Assembly: GCA_964612055.1 (NCBI GenBank)
Contig: CAZTBI010000004.1
Location: 1-58,844 of the forward strand
Length of the DNA stretch: 58,844 nt
Source: an uncultured Bdellovibrionales bacterium
GTDB lineage: Bacteria > Patescibacteriota > Minisyncoccia > Moranbacterales > UBA1568
Reading direction: 5' to 3'
Shown piece by piece: positions 1 through 9,849 of this stretch; within the stretch, counting starts at the first letter, position 1; every line of letters starts with the position of its first letter. The translations under genes were made by a program, and so were the position numbers. The notes under the pieces are model-generated. The model was given only the letters and a program-made list of their open reading frames with translations. It searched no databases and had not been told where the DNA came from.

Positions 1-46
1 TCGCTTGCTTCAGTCAAGGCATCCACACCATGCGTTAAGTAACCTT
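1..46 (-). rRNA. rrl: 23S rRNA gene, 5' end only (runs off the window); exact 5' boundary uncertain
   Basis: Reverse complement reads GGTTACTTAACGCATGGTGTGGATGCCTTGACTGAAGCAAGCGA, matching the conserved 23S 5' segment (GCATGG-TGGATGCCTTG...GCGA). Confidence 0.75.
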
Positions 47-419
47 CTTTTTTCCATTGTCCGCAAACGCTCTGCTTACGCAAAGCACTCACGGACAATC
101 GGTTAACAGTGAAGAATGTTTGCGCATTCAACGCACTGTTTTGTTAGATTGCTTGATCACAAAATCTCTTGCGAGATCTTATGATTTTGACCTTTACATA
201 CATTCTATAGACTATCTCGAAACAACGGCATCGCTTTCCGCAAGCCAGGCGATGATTCACCGTCTCGAAAAAGACATGTAGTTGTTAAGGCGCTTTTGCG
301 GAAATTTCCGTCACCCTCAGAGAGAGAAAGGTCTATTTCTGCAAAAACTCTGACTCAAAGAAAAACCCTTTCAGAGAAACAAAAAAAGCACTTTTGGCAC
401 TTCTTTGTTCGTGATATCT

Positions 420-448
420 ATCTTACGCAATCAAGCGAAACCTGTCAA
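420..448 (-). promoter_or_regulatory. sigma70 promoter upstream of the 23S gene
   Basis: TTGACA-N17-TAAGAT on the minus strand. Confidence 0.7.
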
Positions 449-499
449 GCCCAATAAACCATTCTCAAGAAGAGGCGGGAACTATGGCTCTAAAAAGGG

Positions 500-528
500 A
501 AAAAGACCTCTCAAAAGAGAGGTCTTTT
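500..528 (-). terminator. Intrinsic terminator after the TPR membrane protein gene
   Basis: AAAAGACCTCTC-N4-GAGAGGTCTTTT perfect inverted repeat with U tract. Confidence 0.8.
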
Positions 529-544
529 CGGTGCCTCGGGAAAG

Positions 545-3112
545 CTAGTTTCCAGGCTCCGTGAGCGGCGAAGTATTTGGCCCTACTGGCACTACCGGTA
601 CCACTGGTTCTGTCCCCGATGTCTCTTCGGTAACAGGAAGAGCAGCTGCCTGATTCTTCAGGTTTCCAACACCGCTTCTCACGTTTTCAATCAACTTCTC
701 TACCTGAGTACGAGTTTCTTTGACATTCCCTTCAGCGTCAGCTGGGAGAAGATCAAGAATTTTCTGATATTCCTTCAAAGCATCGTCCCGCTTTCCTTGC
801 TTCTCGTAGAGGAGACCAAGACTCAAGCGTACATCGATGAGATTATCCTTGGCAGAAAGAATATTCATAAAAATATCTTCGGCCTTCTTCTCATCACCAT
901 CTTTGGCACGTAATTGATAGAGTACTCCCAAGTTGTAACGATAGTTCAGATTCTGCTGATCAATATTCAATGCTTGAGTAGCGCTATCAATCGCCTTGTC
1001 AGTTTCCTTGAGACGAGCTTCTATAACTGCAAGGTTGTAATGAGCAATGGCTAGATTACTCTTTTCATCAATTGCTTTTTGATAAAAATCGCGAGCCTCA
1101 TTGAAGAGCGCTGTTCGTTCCGCTCCCTCTGGTTTAGCATCACCATTGACGCGTTTGATTTGGCCGAGCTTGAGATAAAACAATGGGTTGCGCGGTTCCA
1201 GTTCATGCGCTCGTCCGTAAAGCTCTTCAGCCTTCGGAAGGGCATCGCTCGCATACACAGCGCTGTTCTCATAGATGAGGGCCAGTGACTCAGCAGCCAT
1301 GACATCGTTTGGCATCAGACGTCGCCCCTGTTCACCAGACAGTACCGCCTGACGCACATAGGTCGCCACCGTATTCACATCGCGATCTTTTTCACCCTTG
1401 GCAGCCTCTACATTGGCCAGAGCAATATATTCTTGCCCGAGCCGAGTAAAGTAGCGACCTTCCTGTGGATAACGCTGAGCTGCCTGGGCCAAAAGAGTTG
1501 CCCCATCACTACTTGGCTCAGTCGCCGCTAAACGCGCTGCTCTTCCGGCATCGATATCAGCGATAAACACCTTACCCATAAACACGAAAATGAAAGCCAC
1601 GCCAGCAGACACCACCATAAAAATGAAGGCCAGGGCGAGAGCAAACTTTGGCGCTGCCTTGAACGAAAGGTTGAGATATTTTTCTTCTGATCCACTTTCA
1701 AGGAGGAGGATACCCAAACCAAGTGAGGAAAGGAGTACGCACAAGACGAGCAGCGGTCCATTGATCGGCGCAATAAATGAAGCGATGAAGAACATAACGA
1801 TCACCGTCCAGAATCCAAGCGAGTAGACCTTGTTACGCTGCTTTTCATGAGTCAGGAGATACAATCCAACACTGAGAAACGAGAACCCGACAACGAGCAA
1901 GAGGATCGTGCCGAGAGCTCCGATAGTAGCGAGCGACTCAAAAAATATCCCTGTTCCCTGATAAAAACGGAGCGTATAGAGAGAATTGAGATTGTATTCC
2001 GTAGGGCGGAATAGGGAGAAAGCGTAGCCATAGTTTGCTGGGCCAACGCCAATCGCAAAGTGTTCTTTCAGAGCCTCCTGAGCTATCTGCCAAGAGAGAT
2101 TGACATTGGGAGAGACCTCAACTGGAAGCGTGGCGCGTACCAGACTATTACTTCCGATCATGAGAAACCCAAGCACTAAGGCAAAGACTAGCATCGGCAC
2201 CCAAGTCCACTGGTCGGCCGGACGAACAATCTGTGCCAAGATATAGATCATGAAAAATGACAGTCCACCCAGAACCACTACCCACGGTACAAAGGCATAT
2301 AAGGCGAGCAGCAAGAACAGTGTCAACGCGAGTCCGGCAAAAAGAAATCCGGTATAGACTTTCCGCCACTGACTCGTTTCAGCACCCTCTTTCCACAGAG
2401 CAAAGATGGCCGTCAGGAAAAGTGGCACCAAAAGACCAAGGTACATGGAAAGGGTAGAGATAGTACCAATCAAACTGAGCGGCGCATACTGCTCCCAAGT
2501 ACTCGGAATAAAATGAATCCCCATGAGAGCAAGAAAGCTCCAGAAAACCAACAAGAGACTCGAAAGAAGAAATGCTCCGAACATCAGGCGAAAACGCTTC
2601 ATCGAGAAATGACTCAAGATAAAGTAATAGGAAAGAAGAAGCGCCGTGATGGAGACAGCTCCGCGTGATGGATCCCCGAAAAATCCCCAGAAACTATGCC
2701 ACCGATCAACAGAAAGAGAGGCTCCGACAACATAGAACAGCCAGAAAAGAAGAATCGGGATATCGAGCGGTGTTCTACGAATATGCATTTCTCCACTACT
2801 GACACTTTTCGAAACCCAAGCTACGACACCAATCAAGAGCCAGAGATAGAAATACATCTGCTTTTCAAAAGCAATCCCCTGGAATGTCGCCCCGGTAAAG
2901 AAAAGAGGGAGGCCGAAGAAGAGCGCTACCAAAGAAACTGAGATAATCATCTCAAAGAGACGCACCGTCCTTTGGGAAGATCCCCCTTCAGAGGAAGAAG
3001 CGTGAGAAGCTTCAGCGCCACGAATGGTTGGGGCAGGATGCGCGGCAACATCAGAGGGAACGGAATTCATACTTCTTCCAAAACGAGCAAATGAAGGCTT
3101 TTCAGATTGCAT
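545..3112 (-). CDS. Polytopic membrane protein, O-antigen ligase/Wzy_C-like, with C-terminal TPR repeats
   Basis: About 12 hydrophobic helices, a loop with GVGPANYGYAF, then TPR helices (AHYNLAVIEARL, YRYNLGVLYQ, VRLSLGLLYE). Start set at ATG 3112 by AAGGA spacing; ORF track gives 3118. Confidence 0.7.
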   Translation of the reverse strand: MQSEKPSFARFGRSMNSVPSDVAAHPAPTIRGAEASHASSSEGGSSQRTVRLFEMIISVSLVALFFGLPLFFTGATFQGIAFEKQMYFYLWLLIGVVAWVSKSVSSGEMHIRRTPLDIPILLFWLFYVVGASLSVDRWHSFWGFFGDPSRGAVSITALLLSYYFILSHFSMKRFRLMFGAFLLSSLLLVFWSFLALMGIHFIPSTWEQYAPLSLIGTISTLSMYLGLLVPLFLTAIFALWKEGAETSQWRKVYTGFLFAGLALTLFLLLALYAFVPWVVVLGGLSFFMIYILAQIVRPADQWTWVPMLVFALVLGFLMIGSNSLVRATLPVEVSPNVNLSWQIAQEALKEHFAIGVGPANYGYAFSLFRPTEYNLNSLYTLRFYQGTGIFFESLATIGALGTILLLVVGFSFLSVGLYLLTHEKQRNKVYSLGFWTVIVMFFIASFIAPINGPLLVLCVLLSSLGLGILLLESGSEEKYLNLSFKAAPKFALALAFIFMVVSAGVAFIFVFMGKVFIADIDAGRAARLAATEPSSDGATLLAQAAQRYPQEGRYFTRLGQEYIALANVEAAKGEKDRDVNTVATYVRQAVLSGEQGRRLMPNDVMAAESLALIYENSAVYASDALPKAEELYGRAHELEPRNPLFYLKLGQIKRVNGDAKPEGAERTALFNEARDFYQKAIDEKSNLAIAHYNLAVIEARLKETDKAIDSATQALNIDQQNLNYRYNLGVLYQLRAKDGDEKKAEDIFMNILSAKDNLIDVRLSLGLLYEKQGKRDDALKEYQKILDLLPADAEGNVKETRTQVEKLIENVRSGVGNLKNQAAALPVTEETSGTEPVVPVVPVGPNTSPLTEPGN

Positions 3113-3166
3113 AAGCATCCTTGTCTTTAAATGAATAAGATTCGCTAGTACACACCTTGCTCCTCT

Positions 3167-3195
3167 ATTATAGAGAAAAACCAGTCTCTAAGCAA
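3167..3195 (-). promoter_or_regulatory. sigma70 promoter
   Basis: TTGCTT-N17-TATAAT. Confidence 0.6.
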
Positions 3196-3287
3196 AAAGG
3201 ATGTCAACTCTCATCCTTTATTTACTCTATATATAGAGTATTCCAAACAAAAACGGGAAAAAGCCTCTATAAAGCCAATATATTGGA

Positions 3288-6200
3288 TTATGGAGTAGGG
3301 ATACTGTCTTTCTGCTCTACCAGCCACCAATCAAGCTTCGTCTCTTCCGTGACCTCATCCGAGAGACGAATCTTGAATCCAACGTACTCACCGTCACCAT
3401 TGCGTATCTTTTCAACCCACGAGAAGGCCCCTGGGTTATTCTTGAAACTTGTGAAGATGCGTGACCCTTTGACCATTGGAATCATTGCCTTTGTCATTAC
3501 ATCTATTGATTTTCCATCTGAGCCAGTCTCATCGTCTTTGCCGTCATGATCTTCGTCAAACAAAATCGGTAGAATAGAGGCGGTACCAATGGTCGGAGCC
3601 TCAGGATCAACCACCTCAATAGTCAGCGCCCCTGTTTCCAAAATTTTAGCCTTCAGTTTCCCTTCTAATAGATCGACATTTCCTTCGGTGTCTCTGGCTA
3701 CCAATGTCCCCAAGTTGAAAGTGGCATAGAAATCAGTCAGGGTATTTACCTGCTCAGTCAGCGTTTCTACTTCTGTTTCGAGCGCTGCCGTCTTGGAAGC
3801 TTGAACATTGGCATCGAGTGAAAGCTGTGCCGAAACTGTTTCCAAAGTCGAGAGACGACTCTGATCGCTGGCAAAGTAGGTCTCATACTCAGCTAATTTC
3901 GCATCGATAGCCGTATCTTTCTCAGCGAGACCATTGAGTGAGTTTCCTACAACAATCAGCTGGTCATCCACAGACACCTGTAATTCTGCCAAACTGCTGA
4001 CATTTTGGTTCGTCTGAAGGGTCAACTGAGCAATCTGCGTCTGCTCTTCACCAAAGAGCTTACTTTTCACATCGTCAAAGCGGGCGTAGAGGCCGTGCAC
4101 CGCGCCATCATCAAGGTACTCATCAACATACGGAATGAGAAATTCGCCCGGCTCAAGGCGCTTGGTTAAGTATTCAGGATAACTTGAACTATCAAATGGA
4201 AGAGCATTCGCCTGCTCTTCTTCAGCAGCGTCAGTCAATTTACTCTGCGGAGCCGTCTCATAGCTCGGAATCTGGAAACCAGCCGTCTGGGCTGTATAGT
4301 GCCACGCCCCACCATAGCGATAATAGATACGACCATTTGTCGAGTCGACACAAAGCGTTCCGTTCGTATCACGGTTGAAAGTCGAGTCACTACAGGCGCC
4401 AGCGTTTACCTTGGTAACCAGTCCATCAGCTGTCGCATCAAGCTGAACATCGGCCTTTACTGCCGAAGCAGTGCTTGTGAGCCCACCAGAGCCGTCAGCC
4501 TCAGCATAGATGGTAAGGAAGTTACTGCCGTCAATCTGCGCGGAATAGCTCTCCACCGTCGCTGCTGCTGGAGTAGTAGAGACCTGGAGGTCTGTCCAAG
4601 AAACAATACCAGCATCTTCATCAAAACTGGTAGCTCCAAGGTTGAGATTGGCAATCGTCGTGACGCCATTTGAATCAATCACAAATTCATCGCCACTTCC
4701 TAAGCCATCACCCGAATAAATTTTGAACTTGTCAGAATCAGAGTTGTCGACACCAAGACTAAACTGTACCGCTGGAGTAGAACCCGTACGGAATTTCACA
4801 ATCGGATCATAGGTAGCATCTGGAGCCGTCAGAGTCGCCACCAGGTCGGCGCTGCCAGTACCATATGTCTCAAACATACTCGCTGGAGCTGTTGTCCCAA
4901 TACCCACCGCTCCCGTTCCGTCCACTACGAAAGGCGTCGTGTCACCAGAGACATCATCGATGCGGAAAGCCAAGTTGTTCGTTCCTGTAGCGTAGTGCCT
5001 GAGGTAGAAAGAGGTATTAGCATTGGCGGTACCAGAGTTCGTAAGCGAGAGGAGGGAGCCAGTATTGGAGGAGGCACCGGTACCATCAGAGAGGTTGATG
5101 TTGACGAGAGAACCAGTGAAGGCGCTCGCCGCAGAAGAGCCAATAGTATAGGCAGAGCCACTCGTCAGGCTGTTCGCTGCATAGGTGTACCCTGTCGTCG
5201 TCGTTCCGGTGAAGGTCTGGCTCCAGGTATTGGTCGTTTGATTCAAGGTAAGAGCGGCATCTAAGTCGAGAGTGTCTTCAAATTCGGTGAAATCAAACGT
5301 GTCCGCGGTCACGTCAGCGGCCACGACCGAGCCGAAAGAAGGCGTCGTTCCGCCATGAAGAATCTGGGTGGAGGTGCCAGCCGTAACCTGAGCCAAGACT
5401 CCTGAACCATTGGTATACAGTGGTCCGCCATTAGAAGTGAAGCCAGAGAAGGTGATGGTGCCGGAAGAGGTGATACCGGCTGCTGCCGCAATGACTCCAC
5501 TGCTATTTACCTGGAAAAGGTCTCCGGAACCGACAGTCAGGAGGGCAGCCGGAGAAGCATCGCCAAAACCGGTATTGCCCGCGAAGTAGTTGACGTCATT
5601 CGACCCGGTCTGATAGACGCCATAATCAGTTGTACCGGCGATATCCCCAAGGTAAAGACCATAGCCAGTAGTCACCGTACCGCCACCAGTATTGGTGACA
5701 TTTACTCGAACCCCGTAAGCGCTGGCGATGGTCCCCGTACTAGTATTGTCTGTAGCGGCATCAACCGCATAGGCATCAGTGATTGTGGTCGTCGTACCCG
5801 CATTATTCACTCGCGCTCTCACTCCAACACCCTCAGTCACAGTACCACCAACCGTGTAGAAGTAGCTCGAAGTGGCTATACCAAGGCTAAGCGTACCAGT
5901 TGAGTGATGCTCTAACCAATCATAGCCTGCCAGAGCATTGTTCTTATTTCCAGAACCATCGATCGCAAGATCGTTATAACTGTTTATAATCGTACCAGTA
6001 TTAGTAGTACTGCCATTATAAATAGAGACATTTAAGAAGTTACTGTAGTCTCCTGTTTCAGTCCAGGGGTTGGTCTGAAGAGTGAACTTTGTTCCTGAAG
6101 CTGCCGTAGCACTACCCACTACAACATTCCCAGCTGCATCAATAAGGAACGGCTCCGTGTCACTCGCTTCATCATTCACCCGGAAACTCGTTCCTGATCC

Positions 6201-9200
6201 AGTATTTTCAATAAGAGCAGCCACTTGAGTCGCCGCGCCAGCGGCTGTGACCTTAAACGGCGTAGTGGTATTGAGCGCTCCTGTATCAGCAATAAGGAGG
6301 AGATTGCCAGTATTCGCAGCATTGGAGCCAGAAAGGGTGATGCTTTCAAGAGAACCGGTCATGCCGACAGATGAAGAAGCAATAGCTACAGCCGTACCAC
6401 TCGTGAGACTATTGGCCGCATACGTATACCCCGTTGTCGTCGTTCCTGTAAACGTCTGACTCCAGGTGTTGGTGGTTTGATTCAAGGTAAGAGCGGCATC
6501 TAAGTCGAGAGTGTCTTCGAATTCCGTGAAGTCTAAGGAGTCGGCATCAAGCTCAGTATCTTGGATGGAAGTACCTAAAGTAGCATCGATAGTGATCGTG
6601 TCCGTCGCCCCACCAGTGGTTGTAATACCCGTACCAGCAGCAATAGTAAGCGTGTCTCCTTGAGAGATGGTTTGGTTACTACCTGAAGTTCCAGCAGCTG
6701 TGAAAAGCGTACCTCCTGAGAGAAGAACAGTACCAGACGTATCTGGGAAGGTGTAGGTTCTATCAGCTGACAGATCAGTGACATCAAAGATACCGTAGAA
6801 AGTAGCGCCTGCTGATTCCAGAATCTTGAGTTCACTTGATGCATTGTTTAGGGCAATATCGAAAGCACCAGTTTGATTCCAGTCTCCAGTCAAGGCAGCA
6901 AGAGCGATGGTGGGGGTCGAACCTTCGCCAGTAGCAGTGGCTGAGATACCGCTACCTGAGGTAAGAGTGGCGACGTAGTTGCCAGACGTTTCTGTACTCA
7001 AGACAACATCACCGTAGGTTGGCGTGGTACCTCCGTGGAGGAGTCCACTACTCGTTCCCGCACCTGTCTGAGCTAAGACTCCTGATCCATTGGTGTACAA
7101 GAGTCCACCGTTGGTAGAGAAACCAGAGAAGGTGATGGTACCGGAGCTCGTGATACCCGTCGCACCGGTGATGACACCCGCTGCTGAGATGTCTAAGGTT
7201 GGAGTGTTCAAGAAGTTGGTGAAGCTTGATCCACCTGAGTTCGTGATACTGATGGCGTCAGTGACAACAGTGGTGCCGGTACCGGTCGTGTCAGCGTTGT
7301 CTAAGAGGAGGAGTGCCGCGACCGCATTGTCCGTAGTGTTCGTCGTGTCCTGATTCTGAATCCGGAAGGCGTACTCGGTGTTACCAGAGATACTTGGGTT
7401 GTTGGTGAAGTTGACCGAGACACCAGTAATACCGTTGGTATTGGCAAGCGTACTCTGGGCATTAGTCAGGTTGAACTGCACTGCTTGGAGAGCGGTGTTC
7501 CCAGTGGCGGTGTTGGTCGTGGTGACATTGAGGGCTGATCCGGTAGTCAGTGAGCTTGCCGTATACGAGAGGCCAGTGCCCGTGGTACCCGTATACGTCT
7601 GAGACCAATCAAACGTCGTTTGGTTCAAGGTGAGAGCGGCATCAAGATCCAGGGTATCTTCGAATTCAGTGAAGTCTAAGGTATCCGCATCAACTTCACT
7701 GGCTGCGATAGAAGTGCCGAGGGTACTGGCAATCGTCACCGTATCCGTCGCGCCTCCGGTAGTCGTAATGCCAGTCCCAGCAGCGATGGTAAGCGTATCA
7801 CCATTGCTAATCGTTTGGTTACTCCCGGAGGTACCAGCAATATCAAAAAATGCAGTGGTCGAAAGAAGAATGGTGCCAGAGCCATTTGGAAAAGTGTAAG
7901 TTCGATCCGCCGACAAATCAGTGACATCAAAGATACCGTAGAAGGTAGCACCAGATGATTCCAGGATCTTGAGTTCGCTCGATGCATTATTCAAAGTAAT
8001 ATCGAAAGCGCCGGTTTGATTCCAGTCTCCGGTCAAGGCAGAAAGAGCAATGGTCGGAGTCGAACCTTCACCAGTAGCAGTCGCTGAGATACCGCTGCCT
8101 GAGGTCAGAGTAGCGACGTAGTTGCCAGTGGTGTGAGTGCCGAGAGTGATGAGATCCGTAAGTGAAGTGGCACCCGTACCACCATTTCCGACTGGGAGAG
8201 TACCGGTAACTTCACTGGTCAGATCAACAGATGTCCCAAGTGTACTCGCAATAGTGATCGTTCCTGATCCTTCGGTCACGGTGATACCGGTACCGTCCGT
8301 GATGGTAGTCAAGGTGTAGCCGGTGCCATTTCCGATAAGAAGCGTTCCATTGGCAGCAGCTGAACCGTCGACTCCGGTGCCACCTCGTGAAGTGGCGAGT
8401 TGAGCCTCACTTCCAAGTGAAGTCGTGCCGCTCCAATACGTGACATGTCCGGTCGTTCCTGTTCCAGAAAGCCCGCTCGAAAAACTCGCACACTCCCAGA
8501 CACCACTCGCATCATTCCAAGAAATTCCCTGGCCATTGGCACAACCCTGGAGAAGCGCTAACTCATTGGAGCTCGCCCCCTGAAATTCGAGACCAGAGTT
8601 ACTTGAAGTCGATCCCGTACCGTCAGCTGAGTCCAGAAGATCAATCGCAAGAGTCAGAGACGCGCCTTCCGATCCAGCTGAGCCACCAGTAATACCATTA
8701 CCATTGGCAACATTGCCTACATAATTTCCTGTCGTATCGGTCCCGAGAGCCACGGCATCGGAAGCGATAGTAAGTGTACCGTTACTCGCAAGCGTGGCAT
8801 CACCAGCAAGCACTGAAAGTGTGTAGCCGGTACCATTACCGATCAAAAGTGCGCCACTTCCGGCCGCTGATCCATCAACTCCAGTACCTCCACGAGAAAC
8901 CGCCAACTGCGTCTCACTCGCCAGTGTTGACGCGCCAGTCCAGTAAGCAACTGATCCACTTACTCCTGTGCCAGTCAAACCACCTCCACCACCAGAAAGA
9001 TCCGTGAACGTCGAACCATCATTTGAAAACTGCCATGCCTGGGTCGTCCCATTGAACCGCAAAGCCGGCGGCGTTGCCGAGCTCGACACCGTCAGATCAA
9101 AATTCGTACTCGTCACTGCAGTTCCAGAGCCGATGTTAAATACTTCAGAGTCAGTACCAATATCGGTATTTTGCTGATGGATATCACTCAGTCGAGAGTC

Positions 9201-9794
9201 ATTAGCAAGAAAAAGTTTTTTTCCACTCGTACCGGTAGGTAAATTCTTAATATCAATTTTTCCACCATTCCCCAAAAGAGGAATATTCCCCGCACCGGTA
9301 CCGATGCTTTTTCCCTGAAGGAACTGCGAGTTGATAGCGCGTGGCACTGATCCGAGTTTCTTGCGCGGTATCATTTCTGAGTCGGTACCGATACGAACAC
9401 CGACATAGTAATTTCCCGTCTCGAAGTTGAGCGTACCAGGGAGAGGCGTCACCGATCCCAAGAACACCCGGAATACCCCGCCCTTTACTGCAACCTCTTG
9501 TGTTTCTTCCCAGACACGACTACCGGAATCAGTGTTTGATGGGTATGGATCCGCGGAAGTTCGATCCGTAGTATAAATTCCGAAGCGTACCTGGTATGTC
9601 CCATTGGTTACAAGACGGTTTTCACTGTTAAAAAGCGAGGCTGAAAGGCTTATTTGTTGGATTTGATCTGTTGTAGACTGCGCAAAACTGGGTCGTAGAT
9701 CAAACCACCCTAGTACGAGGACCCCTACCGCGAGTGCGGAAATGAGGGATTTATATGCTGTTTTTCTATTTTTATTTTTTACATATATCGGCAT
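3288..9794 (-). CDS. Giant (2168 aa) secreted T/S/G-rich fibre/adhesin-like surface protein with internal repeats and a C-terminal coiled coil
   Basis: Signal peptide ending SFA-Q. N-domain with VWEETQ..V.V.GGVFRVFLGS..EMIPRKKLGSVP. Fibre-like motifs GTLPVGNGGTG and GAVGIGTTAP, repeated modules, heptad region, terminal DWWLVE domain. Confidence 0.75.
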   Translation of the reverse strand: MPIYVKNKNRKTAYKSLISALAVGVLVLGWFDLRPSFAQSTTDQIQQISLSASLFNSENRLVTNGTYQVRFGIYTTDRTSADPYPSNTDSGSRVWEETQEVAVKGGVFRVFLGSVTPLPGTLNFETGNYYVGVRIGTDSEMIPRKKLGSVPRAINSQFLQGKSIGTGAGNIPLLGNGGKIDIKNLPTGTSGKKLFLANDSRLSDIHQQNTDIGTDSEVFNIGSGTAVTSTNFDLTVSSSATPPALRFNGTTQAWQFSNDGSTFTDLSGGGGGLTGTGVSGSVAYWTGASTLASETQLAVSRGGTGVDGSAAGSGALLIGNGTGYTLSVLAGDATLASNGTLTIASDAVALGTDTTGNYVGNVANGNGITGGSAGSEGASLTLAIDLLDSADGTGSTSSNSGLEFQGASSNELALLQGCANGQGISWNDASGVWECASFSSGLSGTGTTGHVTYWSGTTSLGSEAQLATSRGGTGVDGSAAANGTLLIGNGTGYTLTTITDGTGITVTEGSGTITIASTLGTSVDLTSEVTGTLPVGNGGTGATSLTDLITLGTHTTGNYVATLTSGSGISATATGEGSTPTIALSALTGDWNQTGAFDITLNNASSELKILESSGATFYGIFDVTDLSADRTYTFPNGSGTILLSTTAFFDIAGTSGSNQTISNGDTLTIAAGTGITTTGGATDTVTIASTLGTSIAASEVDADTLDFTEFEDTLDLDAALTLNQTTFDWSQTYTGTTGTGLSYTASSLTTGSALNVTTTNTATGNTALQAVQFNLTNAQSTLANTNGITGVSVNFTNNPSISGNTEYAFRIQNQDTTNTTDNAVAALLLLDNADTTGTGTTVVTDAISITNSGGSSFTNFLNTPTLDISAAGVITGATGITSSGTITFSGFSTNGGLLYTNGSGVLAQTGAGTSSGLLHGGTTPTYGDVVLSTETSGNYVATLTSGSGISATATGEGSTPTIALAALTGDWNQTGAFDIALNNASSELKILESAGATFYGIFDVTDLSADRTYTFPDTSGTVLLSGGTLFTAAGTSGSNQTISQGDTLTIAAGTGITTTGGATDTITIDATLGTSIQDTELDADSLDFTEFEDTLDLDAALTLNQTTNTWSQTFTGTTTTGYTYAANSLTSGTAVAIASSSVGMTGSLESITLSGSNAANTGNLLLIADTGALNTTTPFKVTAAGAATQVAALIENTGSGTSFRVNDEASDTEPFLIDAAGNVVVGSATAASGTKFTLQTNPWTETGDYSNFLNVSIYNGSTTNTGTIINSYNDLAIDGSGNKNNALAGYDWLEHHSTGTLSLGIATSSYFYTVGGTVTEGVGVRARVNNAGTTTTITDAYAVDAATDNTSTGTIASAYGVRVNVTNTGGGTVTTGYGLYLGDIAGTTDYGVYQTGSNDVNYFAGNTGFGDASPAALLTVGSGDLFQVNSSGVIAAAAGITSSGTITFSGFTSNGGPLYTNGSGVLAQVTAGTSTQILHGGTTPSFGSVVAADVTADTFDFTEFEDTLDLDAALTLNQTTNTWSQTFTGTTTTGYTYAANSLTSGSAYTIGSSAASAFTGSLVNINLSDGTGASSNTGSLLSLTNSGTANANTSFYLRHYATGTNNLAFRIDDVSGDTTPFVVDGTGAVGIGTTAPASMFETYGTGSADLVATLTAPDATYDPIVKFRTGSTPAVQFSLGVDNSDSDKFKIYSGDGLGSGDEFVIDSNGVTTIANLNLGATSFDEDAGIVSWTDLQVSTTPAAATVESYSAQIDGSNFLTIYAEADGSGGLTSTASAVKADVQLDATADGLVTKVNAGACSDSTFNRDTNGTLCVDSTNGRIYYRYGGAWHYTAQTAGFQIPSYETAPQSKLTDAAEEEQANALPFDSSSYPEYLTKRLEPGEFLIPYVDEYLDDGAVHGLYARFDDVKSKLFGEEQTQIAQLTLQTNQNVSSLAELQVSVDDQLIVVGNSLNGLAEKDTAIDAKLAEYETYFASDQSRLSTLETVSAQLSLDANVQASKTAALETEVETLTEQVNTLTDFYATFNLGTLVARDTEGNVDLLEGKLKAKILETGALTIEVVDPEAPTIGTASILPILFDEDHDGKDDETGSDGKSIDVMTKAMIPMVKGSRIFTSFKNNPGAFSWVEKIRNGDGEYVGFKIRLSDEVTEETKLDWWLVEQKDSIPTP
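5155..8130 (-). repeat. Internal module repeats in the giant gene: long module at about 7540-8130 and 6400-6990, its distal part again at 5155-5300, second module at about 7000-7160 and 5320-5480
   Basis: FTEFEDTLDLDAALTLNQTT x3; GNYVATLTSGSGISATATGEGSTPTIAL x2; SGTITFSGF..NGG.LYTNGSGVLAQ x2. Confidence 0.9.
8310..8980 (-). repeat. Two copies of an N-proximal fibre module (about 8815-8980 and 8310-8470)
   Basis: YW.G...L.SE.QLA.SRGGTGVDGSAA..G.LLIGNGTGYTL x2. Confidence 0.85.
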
Positions 9795-9849
9795 GTAATT
9801 TCTTCCGAATATCTTTCATATTTTACCATATTTCCCCCTAATCCGAAAA

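Noticed and set aside
57-281. 74-aa ORF
   Set aside because: Antisense to the structured rRNA leader; no coding features.
3700-4400. Peptidase S74 chaperone in the giant protein
   Set aside because: No SD.RLK cleavage motif before the coiled coil.
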